In this document: in pieces, positions 1 through 7,597 of the stretch
How positions within the stretch are numbered: the stretch's first letter is position 1
Layout of the letters: each line of letters starts with the position of its first letter
DNA from: Nitrososphaerota archaeon
Lineage (GTDB): Archaea > Thermoproteota > Nitrososphaeria > Nitrososphaerales > Nitrosopumilaceae
Assembly: GCA_028866895.1 (NCBI GenBank)
Contig: JAGWHF010000002.1
Span: 71,309-103,308 of the forward strand
Length of the DNA stretch: 32,000 bases
Direction of reading: 5' to 3'
The notes under the pieces: model-generated
Databases searched by the model: none
What the model was told of the DNA's origin: nothing
Seen by the model: only the letters and a program-made list of their open reading frames with translations
Position numbers and translations under genes: made by a program

Positions 1-2000
1 ACAGGCAGATGACCATCGTCCAGGCAAACGTGACCCTCCTTTACGAGAAAAATGACGAGGAGTACGTCATTAACATGATCGATACACCGGGCCACATCGA
101 CTTTACGGGGCGTGTCACAAGAAGCCTTAGGGCAATAGACGGCGCAGTCGTGGTATCTGATTCTGTAGAGGGAATAATGACACAAACCGAGACAGTTACT
201 CGTCAGGCACTTGAAGAAAGGGTAAGGCCGGTGCTTTACATCAACAAGATTGACCGCCTCATAAAGGAGCTGAGGCTGACCCCTGACAAGATGCAGGAAT
301 GGCTACTCGAGATTATCACCAACTTTAACAGGCTTATCGATATTTACGCGGAACCCGAATACAGGGACAAGTGGAAGGTGAGCATACAAGACGGGAGCGT
401 CTCGTTCGGTTCTGCAAAGGACAGGTGGGGATTCAATGCGGACGTCATGAAGGCCAAGGGGATATCATTCAAGGACATTTTTGCCGCCTATTCGGAAGGA
501 GGAGATGTCAAGGCGCTAGCCGAGAAGGCGCCCCTATACGACGCGGTGCTCGGGATGGTGGTGAAGCATCATCCGAACCCTGCGGAGGCGCAAAAGTACA
601 GGATTCCAAAGATCTGGAAGGGCGACCTCAACTCCGACATTGGCAAGGCATTGTTAAACTGCGATGACAACGGCCCGGCAGTCATGATGATAGTCAACAT
701 GACGGTAGACCCGGCCGCAGGTCCGGTCGCAATAGGGCGGCTGTTTTCAGGGAGACTCAAGGACGGGGACAGGGTCTATCTCATCGACAGCAAGAGAGAG
801 GGAAGGATACAGTCAGTCAACTTTTTCATGGGCAACCAGAGGGAGATGGTGGGCGAGCTTGCAGCAGGCAACATCCCTGCGCTCCTTGGGCTTGAGCATG
901 CAAGGGCAGGCCAGACAATCTCAACCATATCGGATGTCCACACGTTTGAGGGCATCCAGTACGTCTCGGAACCTGTTGTGCAGATTGCAGTAGAACCCAA
1001 GCATCCAAAGGACCTTCCAAAACTTGTGGAGGCATTAAACAGGATCACAATTGAGGACCCGAACCTTCAAGTGAAGATCAACGAGGAGAGCGGTGAGACG
1101 GTCATAGCAGGAATGGGAGTGCTTCATCTGGAGATCGCAACCGCCCTGATTGCGGATGCAAAAGTGGAGATTGTAACTTCGCAGCCGCTCATCAACTATA
1201 GGGAGACAATAAGGACGGCGGCGGGTCCGATAATGTCCAAATCGCCTAACAGGCACAACAAGATCTTCATGAAGGTGGAACCGCTCGATGAGAAGGTGGC
1301 AGAGATGATACGGAACGGTACGTTAAACGAGTACAAGGATAAGAAGGAGGTTGCGGAGATCCTCAAGGAAGCTGGTTGGGACAAGGAGGATGCAAAACGC
1401 GTCATGAAGTTCGATCCTAGAGGAAATGTCATGGTGGACGGAACGAAGGGTGTGCAGTTTGTCCAGGAATCAACCGACTCGATACTTTCAGGCTTTGATG
1501 ATACCATGAAGGAGGGACCGCTCACAAGGGAGCAGGTCAGGGGTTGCAAGTTCACATTCCACCACTTTGTACCTCACGAGGACCCAGCGCACAGGGGACT
1601 CTCTCAGCTTGGTCCTGCCTCAAGGCGCGCATGCATGGGTGCAATGCTGCTAGCTAACCCCGTCCTACTGGAGCCGACGCTTGGGATTGAGGTAAGAATT
1701 CCACAGGAACTGATAGGCAATGTGGCAGGTGTGATATCGGGCAAGAGAGGAAAGGTGCTCAACATGGAACAGAAGGGAGTGGTAAATATTGTAACAGGAG
1801 AGATTCCAGCATCTGAGACATTCGATCTATCCGAGGTCATGAGGGGACAGACGGCGGGAAAGGCAATGTGGAATACCCACTTTAAGGCATGGACGCCAAT
1901 ACCAAACTCCATACTGCCTACGATAGTTGCAGACATCAGAAAAAGGAAGGGCCTGAGCCCAGAACCGCCAACCGCTGACGAGTTTATCGACAAAGAGTAA
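1..2000 (+). CDS. fusA: Translation elongation factor 2 (aEF-2), 5' end cut by the window edge
   Basis: ORF 9..2000 remains open back to nt 3 in the same frame. GTPase motifs DTPGHIDF (G3) and NKIDR (G4) are present, plus a C-terminal HEDPAHRG diphthamide-loop-like motif. The G1 P-loop must lie upstream of the window. Confidence 0.95.
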   Translation, partial: RQMTIVQANVTLLYEKNDEEYVINMIDTPGHIDFTGRVTRSLRAIDGAVVVSDSVEGIMTQTETVTRQALEERVRPVLYINKIDRLIKELRLTPDKMQEWLLEIITNFNRLIDIYAEPEYRDKWKVSIQDGSVSFGSAKDRWGFNADVMKAKGISFKDIFAAYSEGGDVKALAEKAPLYDAVLGMVVKHHPNPAEAQKYRIPKIWKGDLNSDIGKALLNCDDNGPAVMMIVNMTVDPAAGPVAIGRLFSGRLKDGDRVYLIDSKREGRIQSVNFFMGNQREMVGELAAGNIPALLGLEHARAGQTISTISDVHTFEGIQYVSEPVVQIAVEPKHPKDLPKLVEALNRITIEDPNLQVKINEESGETVIAGMGVLHLEIATALIADAKVEIVTSQPLINYRETIRTAAGPIMSKSPNRHNKIFMKVEPLDEKVAEMIRNGTLNEYKDKKEVAEILKEAGWDKEDAKRVMKFDPRGNVMVDGTKGVQFVQESTDSILSGFDDTMKEGPLTREQVRGCKFTFHHFVPHEDPAHRGLSQLGPASRRACMGAMLLANPVLLEPTLGIEVRIPQELIGNVAGVISGKRGKVLNMEQKGVVNIVTGEIPASETFDLSEVMRGQTAGKAMWNTHFKAWTPIPNSILPTIVADIRKRKGLSPEPPTADEFIDKE

Positions 2001-2358
2001 AAAGACAAACCCCGCGATTTGTGCGTGGGAATACTCTAGTTGTCGTAAAGGTTACCGTTTAGAACAAAGGATATCTTGCCTGTGTTAGGAGTTGCATGGT
2101 TCTAGATATCGCGAATACCGCAAGTGTAAAGGATGTGGTAGAATGGAAGTTTTATCGCATATCGAATCGAACATGGAAGAGCGCTGATTATGAATTTAGA
2201 ACAGAAGTCTGGTCAATTTCAAAACACATGTATGGCGAAACCATTGTTTGTATAGATCAAACAAGCGATTTGTGGTAATGGATGGTAAGGATTTATTATA
2301 TTGACTCTAAAAGGTGCGAAGATCATTATAATGTCAAACCCATGAAGGACACAAACTT

Positions 2359-2592
2359 TCACGCCCGTTCTGGACTGAGCCCAGGCCTGTTGTACCTAGC
2401 AGGATACTTTTGGACCACCTCATGGGCGCCCTTTATGCTACTAAAGAGGCACTTCTCCGAGCAGTGGGTGGCGTAGGGATCAGGTACTGACTTGCCGCAA
2501 ACCTCGCATTTTTTCTTCAAGGATTTCTGCCACGTATTCTTTAGCCTTTTTAATATATCATAATTTTTCAGATTATCAACATTGATTATCAT
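2359..2592 (-). CDS. Small zinc-ribbon protein (CxxC...HCSxxC, DUF2116-like), 77 aa
   Basis: This is the ATG-initiated part (MIINVDNL...) of ORF 2359..2769. It carries CEVCGK...HCSEKC cysteine pairs. The longer ORF would overlap the Rieske gene 3' end. It lies co-directionally downstream of the Rieske gene. Confidence 0.45.
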   Translation of the reverse strand: MIINVDNLKNYDILKRLKNTWQKSLKKKCEVCGKSVPDPYATHCSEKCLFSSIKGAHEVVQKYPARYNRPGLSPERA

Positions 2593-2696
2593 CCAAAATC
2601 CTTGTCGCGTGCACGCTTCCAATACATTGGCATCCTTGACCGTACGACAGGCTCTCAAAACACTCCCACAGCCAGGATCGAATCTCCATCCGGAGG

Positions 2697-3317
2697 TTAA
2701 CTGTGCAACAGCCTTCCGTACCCGACGATTCCGTTGACATTCACATCCCACACTGCCGGCTTTATCCACAAATCTCCTGTCCCATCAGCCTCTAGGAAGA
2801 GCAGGGGCAGCACATTTGAGGGAGGGGCCTGAAGTGATGCAGGACCCGCAAAGGCCTTTCCGTTAAGCATGTTGTACATGCTTCCATGGCACGGGCACTC
2901 GCCACGCCTCCTTCCAATCTCCGGCCAGTATTTCCACAGGCACCAGAGGTGGAGGCAGACCATGCTGTACACTCGGAACGCCGAGATATCGTTGACGGAT
3001 CCTCCCATCTCGGGGGGAAGCCTTACAAACTGCCACTTTTTGAATGCCTCCGAATCCAGCACGGGGTCTCCCGTTACGGGATATGTTATCACCTCGGAAC
3101 TGTTTACCGGAAATGTCTTTAGATTTGCAGTCGTCCCGTCAGAGAGCGTTACCTTGACCTTTTTTGGCACAATGTTGGATGGGTTTGGCATGAACTGCCC
3201 CCAAGGTATGAAGGGTGCAAACGCCAGACCGACTCCAGCAGCCCCAAGGAGCCTAAGAAAGTCCCTTCTTGTCACAGTGCCCCTGGTATCAATCTCCCCT
3301 GTTTCGCTTTCAGCCAT
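2697..3317 (-). CDS. Rieske [2Fe-2S] protein with twin-arginine (Tat) signal peptide
   Basis: The N-terminus TRRDFLRLLGAAGVGLAFA is an RR signal followed by a hydrophobic stretch. Rieske cluster boxes CLHLWC (CxHxxC) and CPCHGS (CxCH) are present. The ATG at 3317 was verified. Confidence 0.9.
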   Translation of the reverse strand: MAESETGEIDTRGTVTRRDFLRLLGAAGVGLAFAPFIPWGQFMPNPSNIVPKKVKVTLSDGTTANLKTFPVNSSEVITYPVTGDPVLDSEAFKKWQFVRLPPEMGGSVNDISAFRVYSMVCLHLWCLWKYWPEIGRRRGECPCHGSMYNMLNGKAFAGPASLQAPPSNVLPLLFLEADGTGDLWIKPAVWDVNVNGIVGYGRLLHS

Positions 3318-3403
3318 GCGTCATTACTCCCGTTCGCACTAGCGATCTCTCACTGCCTTGCAACTTCGCCCATAAAAGGGTCGATTTTTAATTTAAGCCT
3401 GAG

Positions 3404-3416
3404 TTAACATTGTTAT
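3404..3416. promoter_or_regulatory. Palindromic element TTAACATTGTTAT (copy C of TTAACA-W-TGTTAA), read toward the Rieske gene
   Basis: On the minus strand it reads ATAACAATGTTAA, then C, then tcag, then GCTTAAATTAAAAAT (AT-rich TATA-like box). It lies in the divergent intergenic region between the Rieske and RAM-domain genes. Confidence 0.35.
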
Positions 3417-3563
3417 TCGATTTGTCAATCATCCAAACCGATTCTCGACGTGGCTACCATTTGCTAATCCATCCAACAAAATCAACCCAATTTCAGCTAA
3501 CCTTATGATAAATAAGCTTGGTTGTTGAACTTGAGTAATAAGCAATTTTTACCAAAGGCCTCC

Positions 3564-3821
3564 ATGCTCAAGGCAGAGGTCCAGAGTAAGGCGGAAACCG
3601 CATTTGTAATGATAAACTGCGAGGCAGGCCAGGAGGCAAATGTCATAGAGCAGATAAGAGCAATAAGCGGCGTAAAGGAGGCCTTCAGGACAAACGGACA
3701 GCATGACATCCTTAGCAGTGTCGAGGCCTCTTCCGTAGAATCTCTACGGGAGATAATAGACCAGAGGATCCGCAAGACCCCGCACGTAAGATCGACCACA
3801 ACACTCATCAAGTCCTACTAG
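3564..3821 (+). CDS. Stand-alone Lrp/AsnC-type ligand-binding (RAM) domain protein, 85 aa, no HTH
   Basis: The sequence AFVMINCEAGQEANVIEQIRAISGVKEAFRTNGQHDILSSVEASSVESLREII shows the beta-alpha-beta-beta-alpha-beta RAM-domain pattern. I chose ATG 3564; the track start at 3522 is a TTG. Confidence 0.7.
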   Translation: MLKAEVQSKAETAFVMINCEAGQEANVIEQIRAISGVKEAFRTNGQHDILSSVEASSVESLREIIDQRIRKTPHVRSTTTLIKSY

Positions 3822-3934
3822 CCCGTCATGTAGGGCGGCCGTCACGCCAAACCAATATCCTGCGCGCCATCATGAAGATGTCTAAAACCATTTTTAATGA
3901 AATCATTTAACTAGGAACCGCCCCAAGGGGAACC

Positions 3935-4276
3935 ATGGGCTCCAAGCCGTCGGGAATCGAGCGGTTTATCGCACCCTCGCTTGGCAAGATAGGCGAGGAA
4001 CTCGGTTCAATCCATTCGGCGATTGACAGTCTGACAGCAAGGATGGCTGAGATGGAAGAACGGTTCTCAAATCTTGAAGGCGACTGCCGCAAGCTTGAGA
4101 CGCGGATGGACAAGAAGGGCGAAGCCCCGCCGCCAGAGACCCAGCTCCTTATCACAAACATCGGGGAGATGGAACAACGGGACAGGGACGAGATTGATAC
4201 ACTCAAAAGATTCATGGATGTGGCACAGCGAAGGCTTGCCATCCTTGAAGCGAAGATGAAGGAACTAGGGCAGTAG
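3935..4276 (+). CDS. Hypothetical coiled-coil protein, 113 aa
   Basis: Clean ATG ORF with Glu/Arg/Leu-rich heptad-like segments (ARMAEMEERFSNLEGDCRKLETRMD; RRLAILEAKMKELGQ). The opposite-strand ORF is low-complexity shadow. Confidence 0.55.
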   Translation: MGSKPSGIERFIAPSLGKIGEELGSIHSAIDSLTARMAEMEERFSNLEGDCRKLETRMDKKGEAPPPETQLLITNIGEMEQRDRDEIDTLKRFMDVAQRRLAILEAKMKELGQ

Positions 4277-4333
4277 CAGGCCTCCTAAGGCACAAGGAGG
4301 ACACGATCCTGCACAACACAGCCCAGAGATGAC

Positions 4334-4346
4334 TAACAATGTTAAT
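4334..4346 (+). promoter_or_regulatory. Palindromic element TAACAATGTTAAT (copy B), followed by a TATA-like box
   Basis: The element is followed by ccag, then ACATAATAGA (4351..4360). The ATG of a 46-aa ORF lies about 30 nt further on, at 4386. Confidence 0.35.
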
Positions 4347-4385
4347 CCAGACATAATAGAGCGCTTGGAAGATAAACTTTGAAAA

Positions 4386-4526
4386 ATGTTTGACCAGTCG
4401 CTTGGAGAAGTTGTCGTCAGCGTATTTGCCTACATCGGAGTCGGCGGCGGCATATTCCTTGGAGGAGTAATAGGCATGGTCCTAATAGGGGACGCATTCC
4501 ACAAAGCACCCAAGGCCGAGACCTAG
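4386..4526 (+). CDS. Small hydrophobic glycine-rich membrane peptide, 46 aa (not in ORF track)
   Basis: Hand translation: MFDQSLGEVVVSVFAYIGVGGGIFLGGVIGMVLIGDAFHKAPKAET, with TAG at 4524..4526. The promoter-like module lies about 30 nt upstream. Confidence 0.35.
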   Translation: MFDQSLGEVVVSVFAYIGVGGGIFLGGVIGMVLIGDAFHKAPKAET

Positions 4527-4550
4527 CCGTTGCGCGCCAGACCATATGAG

Positions 4551-4564
4551 TTAACAATGTTAAT
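4551..4564 (+). promoter_or_regulatory. Perfect palindrome TTAACAATGTTAA(T) (copy A), followed by a TATA-like box
   Basis: TTAACA-A-TGTTAA is a perfect 6-1-6 palindrome. It is followed by cagg and GAATAAATAG (4569..4578). ATG 4600 lies about 26 nt downstream of the box centre. Confidence 0.4.
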
Positions 4565-4599
4565 CAGGGAATAAATAGTAAGACCGGAGGTCTGCTTAC

Positions 4600-4785
4600 A
4601 TGATAAGGCCCGGAAAATGGCTTGCAGTTCCTGCAGCTATTGTCATACTGCTGTCCTCCGCCTTGGAGGCTGCAACTTTCCACTATTCGGAACTCTTCAT
4701 CGCGTCCGTTACCATGCTTGCACTTGTCTGCTGGTTTACCCTGCTAAGCTCGTGCGTGATGGCAGTGGGAAGAGTCATGGCATAA
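4600..4785 (+). CDS. Small membrane protein, 61 aa, two predicted TM segments
   Basis: MIRPGKWLAVPAAIVILLSSALEAA...FIASVTMLALVCWFTLLSSCVMAV shows two hydrophobic stretches. The spacing from the TATA-like box is consistent with a leaderless transcript. Confidence 0.4.
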   Translation: MIRPGKWLAVPAAIVILLSSALEAATFHYSELFIASVTMLALVCWFTLLSSCVMAVGRVMA

Positions 4786-4962
4786 GTTCCTGCACGCCAC
4801 ACCGGCATTGCCCCGAATCCAAGGCAGCGCAATCCGAGATCATTATGTTAGCCTGCCCGATGATGCCTGCCAGTACCGCACTTTTATCCTAGATCCATGC
4901 CTGTGCGGTGCACGGCGACGCCAGTATAGTCTTAATTAGGGCCTTTGTCGAACCCAAATTCG

Positions 4963-6282
4963 ATGATCCTTCAAGATTGGTGGTTTACTACGTTAATGGG
5001 AGGCACGCAAGCTATAAAGCCTCCGCTCAGGGGGGACCACAAGGCCGACGTCCTCATCGTGGGCGCCGGGGCCTCCGGCCTTGCTGCTGCACTCCGCCTG
5101 ATGGATTCTGGCAGGAAGGTCATACTGCTTGACAAGAACATTTGCGGTGGCAGCTCCACAGGAAAGAGTGCGGGCTTTCTTACCCCAGACAGCGAGCTTG
5201 AACTCTCACAGCTTCTCCGCAAGTACGGCCCCAAAGGCGCCAAGGACCTCTGGGAGGTTGCTGCAAGGGGGGTAGACATAATGGTAGAGAACATAAAAAA
5301 GCACAACATCGCATGCGACCTGCAGGTCCAAGACTGCCTCTTTCTAGGAAAGGGTCAGAGCGGCTGGAAGGACGTCCAGGATGAGGTCGAGGCAAGAAAG
5401 AAGCTAGGGTACTCCAGCTCCGTTTACAATGAGGCCGATGTCCCATCAGTCATAGGTTCCAAGGCATATTCCGGAGCCATTCGGTATACCGGGACATACG
5501 GCGTCAACCCGCTCCTATACGCACAGGGAATAAAGAAGGTACTCCTTGACGGGGGCATCGAGATCTTCGAGTCCTCCGAGGTGCTATCATGGAAGGAGAG
5601 GACCGTACGCACACACCTTGGAACGGTCACGGCAGACAAGATAATCTTCTGCATCGACAAACCCAAGCCCTACATTACAAGATATTATCAGGAGGTCTAT
5701 CATGCGCAGACCTTCCTCTCAATCAGCGAGCCGCTTGGCGACTCGGACATAGCGCAGCTCTTCCCCCAGGGCCCTCTCCAGTGCTGGGACTCTGACCTCA
5801 TCTACACCTACTTCCGCCTGACGGGAGACAAGAGGCTCCTTGTGGGGGGCGGGGACATGATGACGACATACGCAAAGAACGACACCACCACACCCCGAGT
5901 GATGGACAAGGTACTGAAGGGTATCAAGGAAACAATACCATCCCTTAGGTCATTGAGATTCATCCAGTACTGGCAGGGCCGCATTGACATGACACGTGAC
6001 CTGATACCAACCGTGCTTGTTGACCCAGAACACCCCTGGGCCCACTTTGTCCTCGGCTGCGTCGGTCTTCCATGGGCCACGTTTTGCGGCAACTTTGCCG
6101 CAAGAAACGTCATCGACGACAAGGAAATAGACAACGAAAAGTACTACCAGTACTTCTCCCCAAACCGCAAGTTCCTCCTCCCCGTCTGGCTCGAACGCGT
6201 GATAGGAAAAAGGATTGTATTTACTGTAAACAATGCTTGGGCAAAATACAGGCAGAAAGACGTTTCCCAGGGCCAGGCCTAG
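4963..6282 (+). CDS. FAD-dependent oxidoreductase (DAO/amine-oxidase-like)
   Basis: The N-terminal Rossmann dinucleotide motif DVLIVGAGASGLAAALRL is followed by LLDK. The protein is about 440 aa. I chose ATG 4963; an in-frame TTG at 4945 is the alternative. A TATA-like TTAATTAGG lies about 27 nt upstream of 4963. Confidence 0.88.
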   Translation: MILQDWWFTTLMGGTQAIKPPLRGDHKADVLIVGAGASGLAAALRLMDSGRKVILLDKNICGGSSTGKSAGFLTPDSELELSQLLRKYGPKGAKDLWEVAARGVDIMVENIKKHNIACDLQVQDCLFLGKGQSGWKDVQDEVEARKKLGYSSSVYNEADVPSVIGSKAYSGAIRYTGTYGVNPLLYAQGIKKVLLDGGIEIFESSEVLSWKERTVRTHLGTVTADKIIFCIDKPKPYITRYYQEVYHAQTFLSISEPLGDSDIAQLFPQGPLQCWDSDLIYTYFRLTGDKRLLVGGGDMMTTYAKNDTTTPRVMDKVLKGIKETIPSLRSLRFIQYWQGRIDMTRDLIPTVLVDPEHPWAHFVLGCVGLPWATFCGNFAARNVIDDKEIDNEKYYQYFSPNRKFLLPVWLERVIGKRIVFTVNNAWAKYRQKDVSQGQA

Positions 6283-6352
6283 ATCCGTTTGCAAGTACCA
6301 GGAGCCTTTACCTCTCCAATCCGGGTCTTCGGGGCATCGCGCATATTCTGGA

Positions 6353-6383
6353 TTAACAATATTACGCAAATCTTATCTGATAA
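6353..6383 (+). promoter_or_regulatory. Orphan promoter-like module: degenerate palindrome TTAACAATATTAC plus TTATCTGATAA box
   Basis: The architecture matches copies A-C (palindrome, 4 nt, AT-rich box). It sits between two convergent gene ends with no ORF downstream. The 11-mer TTATCTGATAA recurs at 22076..22086, about 20 nt upstream of the ATG at 22097. Confidence 0.3.
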
Positions 6384-6402
6384 AAACTGCCCATAACCAC
6401 AG

Positions 6403-6461
6403 AAGCTGTAGGACCTCCAAAGGACAGCGACCCACCAATCTTGTTACCTTTCCTACAGTTT
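6403..6461 (+). other. 11-bp inverted repeat hairpin (AAGCTGTAGGA / TCCTACAGTTT); candidate small RNA or bidirectional terminator
   Basis: Positions 6403..6413 pair with 6451..6461 (10 Watson-Crick pairs plus 1 G-U). Inner AAGG/CCTT pairing is also possible. The hairpin begins about 25 nt downstream of the TTATCTGATAA box. Confidence 0.45.
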
Positions 6462-6501
6462 CTAACCTGTTATCACAAGCTGCCACAATCCTCATACTGC
6501 C

Positions 6502-7083
6502 TTAGCGTATCTTCCTTCCTCCAGCAATTACAGTCCCGCTACAAGACTCTGGTATTGAAGATATCCTTCCCCCGACCTCGATGACACCGCCTGACATGTA
6601 TGTACCCGTATGGCATCCAGCGTCCCCCCGCACTGTTATTCGTCCCCCCGACATGCAGTACCCTGCATAGTTGCCCACCCTTCCCCTGACAGTAATCTCG
6701 CCGCCTCGCATCCTCTCACCTAGGTAGTCCCCGGCGCCTCCCTCCACTATTATGCTGCCCCTCTCAAGGGCATACCCTATGCAGTCGACAGGACATCCGA
6801 GCAATCCAAACTCCAAGACAACGGAGCTCATTTCCGTAGCCATCTTGTTGATCGCAGCAGAGACAAAGAGTCCGGACGTCCAATAGTTTGCCTTGTCTGA
6901 GAACCTGCTGCCGCTTATGCCTTGGGCAAACTGTCCCACATCATCAAGTGAAAATATTGTGCCTGCAACCTTTGAGGCTGCAAGCTTGTAAGAAATATCC
7001 GAGGTCATCATATTCGCATCCCTGATGTACTCCTTAAATGCCCTTTCTATTGATGGAAGATTCCCAGTCCCAACTTGTCTCAT
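6502..7083 (-). CDS. GXGXG-domain protein (glutamate synthase domain-3 / FwdC-like beta-helix)
   Basis: Repeated beta-helix turns are present: GGAGDYLGERMRGGEITVRGRVGNYAGYCMSGGRITVRGDAGCHTGTYMSGGVIEVGG. I chose ATG 7083 because the longer ORF start (7218) overlaps the upstream gene by 79 nt. Confidence 0.8.
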   Translation of the reverse strand: MRQVGTGNLPSIERAFKEYIRDANMMTSDISYKLAASKVAGTIFSLDDVGQFAQGISGSRFSDKANYWTSGLFVSAAINKMATEMSSVVLEFGLLGCPVDCIGYALERGSIIVEGGAGDYLGERMRGGEITVRGRVGNYAGYCMSGGRITVRGDAGCHTGTYMSGGVIEVGGRISSIPESCSGTVIAGGRKIR

Positions 7084-7139
7084 TTGGATTGCTGCTAGAC
7101 GAAACCCGTCAAGAAAATTAAGGATTTGCCCTCGGGAGC

Positions 7140-7457
7140 CTAGCCGGAGAGCAGACTTGCAATACTCCCGTCCTGTTCTAAGGCTGACTTGAAGGATTGC
7201 AGCGGAGTGACCTTCCACTTGACCATTCCCCAGAACGGAATTGCCTTTAGGATCTTTCCGACCTCCTCGTTTGATGATGCCTCCATCACGAACGCTCCTG
7301 CCCTCTGCCCTGCCAGCAGTCCGCCCTTTATCTTGTTCTCCGCCTCCATCTTTATGAGCTGCTCATAGCTTGGAATGACTATGTGACTTATGTACTCGGG
7401 GACTTCCTTCATTGGGACGAGGCCGTCTATGTTCTCGGCTTCTATGAGATACTGCAT
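7140..7457 (-). CDS. Muconolactone-isomerase-like (dimeric alpha+beta barrel) small protein, 105 aa
   Basis: The sequence KGGLLAGQRAGAFVMEASSNEEVGKILKAIPFWGMVKWKVTPLQSF matches the MIase-family layout as I remember it (...G..W...G......D..S..E...L...P......I.V.PL). A TATA-like TTAATTAATTTT lies about 25 nt upstream. Confidence 0.65.
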   Translation of the reverse strand: MQYLIEAENIDGLVPMKEVPEYISHIVIPSYEQLIKMEAENKIKGGLLAGQRAGAFVMEASSNEEVGKILKAIPFWGMVKWKVTPLQSFKSALEQDGSIASLLSG

Positions 7458-7597
7458 TGCTAATTATGGGACCAAAATTAATTAAGAATTGCTGTACTGT
7501 CACAATGATACCAGACCAATCCCTGCAGGGCTTCCCTCCGGTTTTGCAGCTTTTGATCAAGCTATCCCTTAATGGGCAGGCCGCCCAATAAGGCCCA

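Noticed and set aside
2014-2274. A 10-nt direct repeat GCGATTTGTG (2014..2023 and 2265..2274) flanking the low-GC patch, considered as a possible target-site duplication.
   Set aside because: My rough expectation is that several 10-mer matches within 300 nt arise by chance in a 32-kb window. There are no terminal inverted repeats or a transposase.
4617-5132. Alternative-frame ORFs 4617..4892 and 4908..5132.
   Set aside because: They are Cys/His/Arg/Pro-rich and overlap better-supported frames (the 61-aa membrane protein and the FAD oxidoreductase with its Rossmann motif).
6621-6652. Two C6 runs (CGTCCCCCCG, twice, 22 nt apart; G6 runs on the minus strand), considered as a G-quadruplex or slippery repeat.
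   Set aside because: They encode the repeated Gly-Gly turns of the GXGXG beta-helix. Only two G-runs are present, too few for a quadruplex.
7084-7218. An N-terminal extension of the GXGXG ORF (track start at 7218).
   Set aside because: It would overlap the upstream MIase-like gene by 79 nt. ATG 7083 gives a non-overlapping gene with a 56-nt spacer. The extension sequence is not protein-like.
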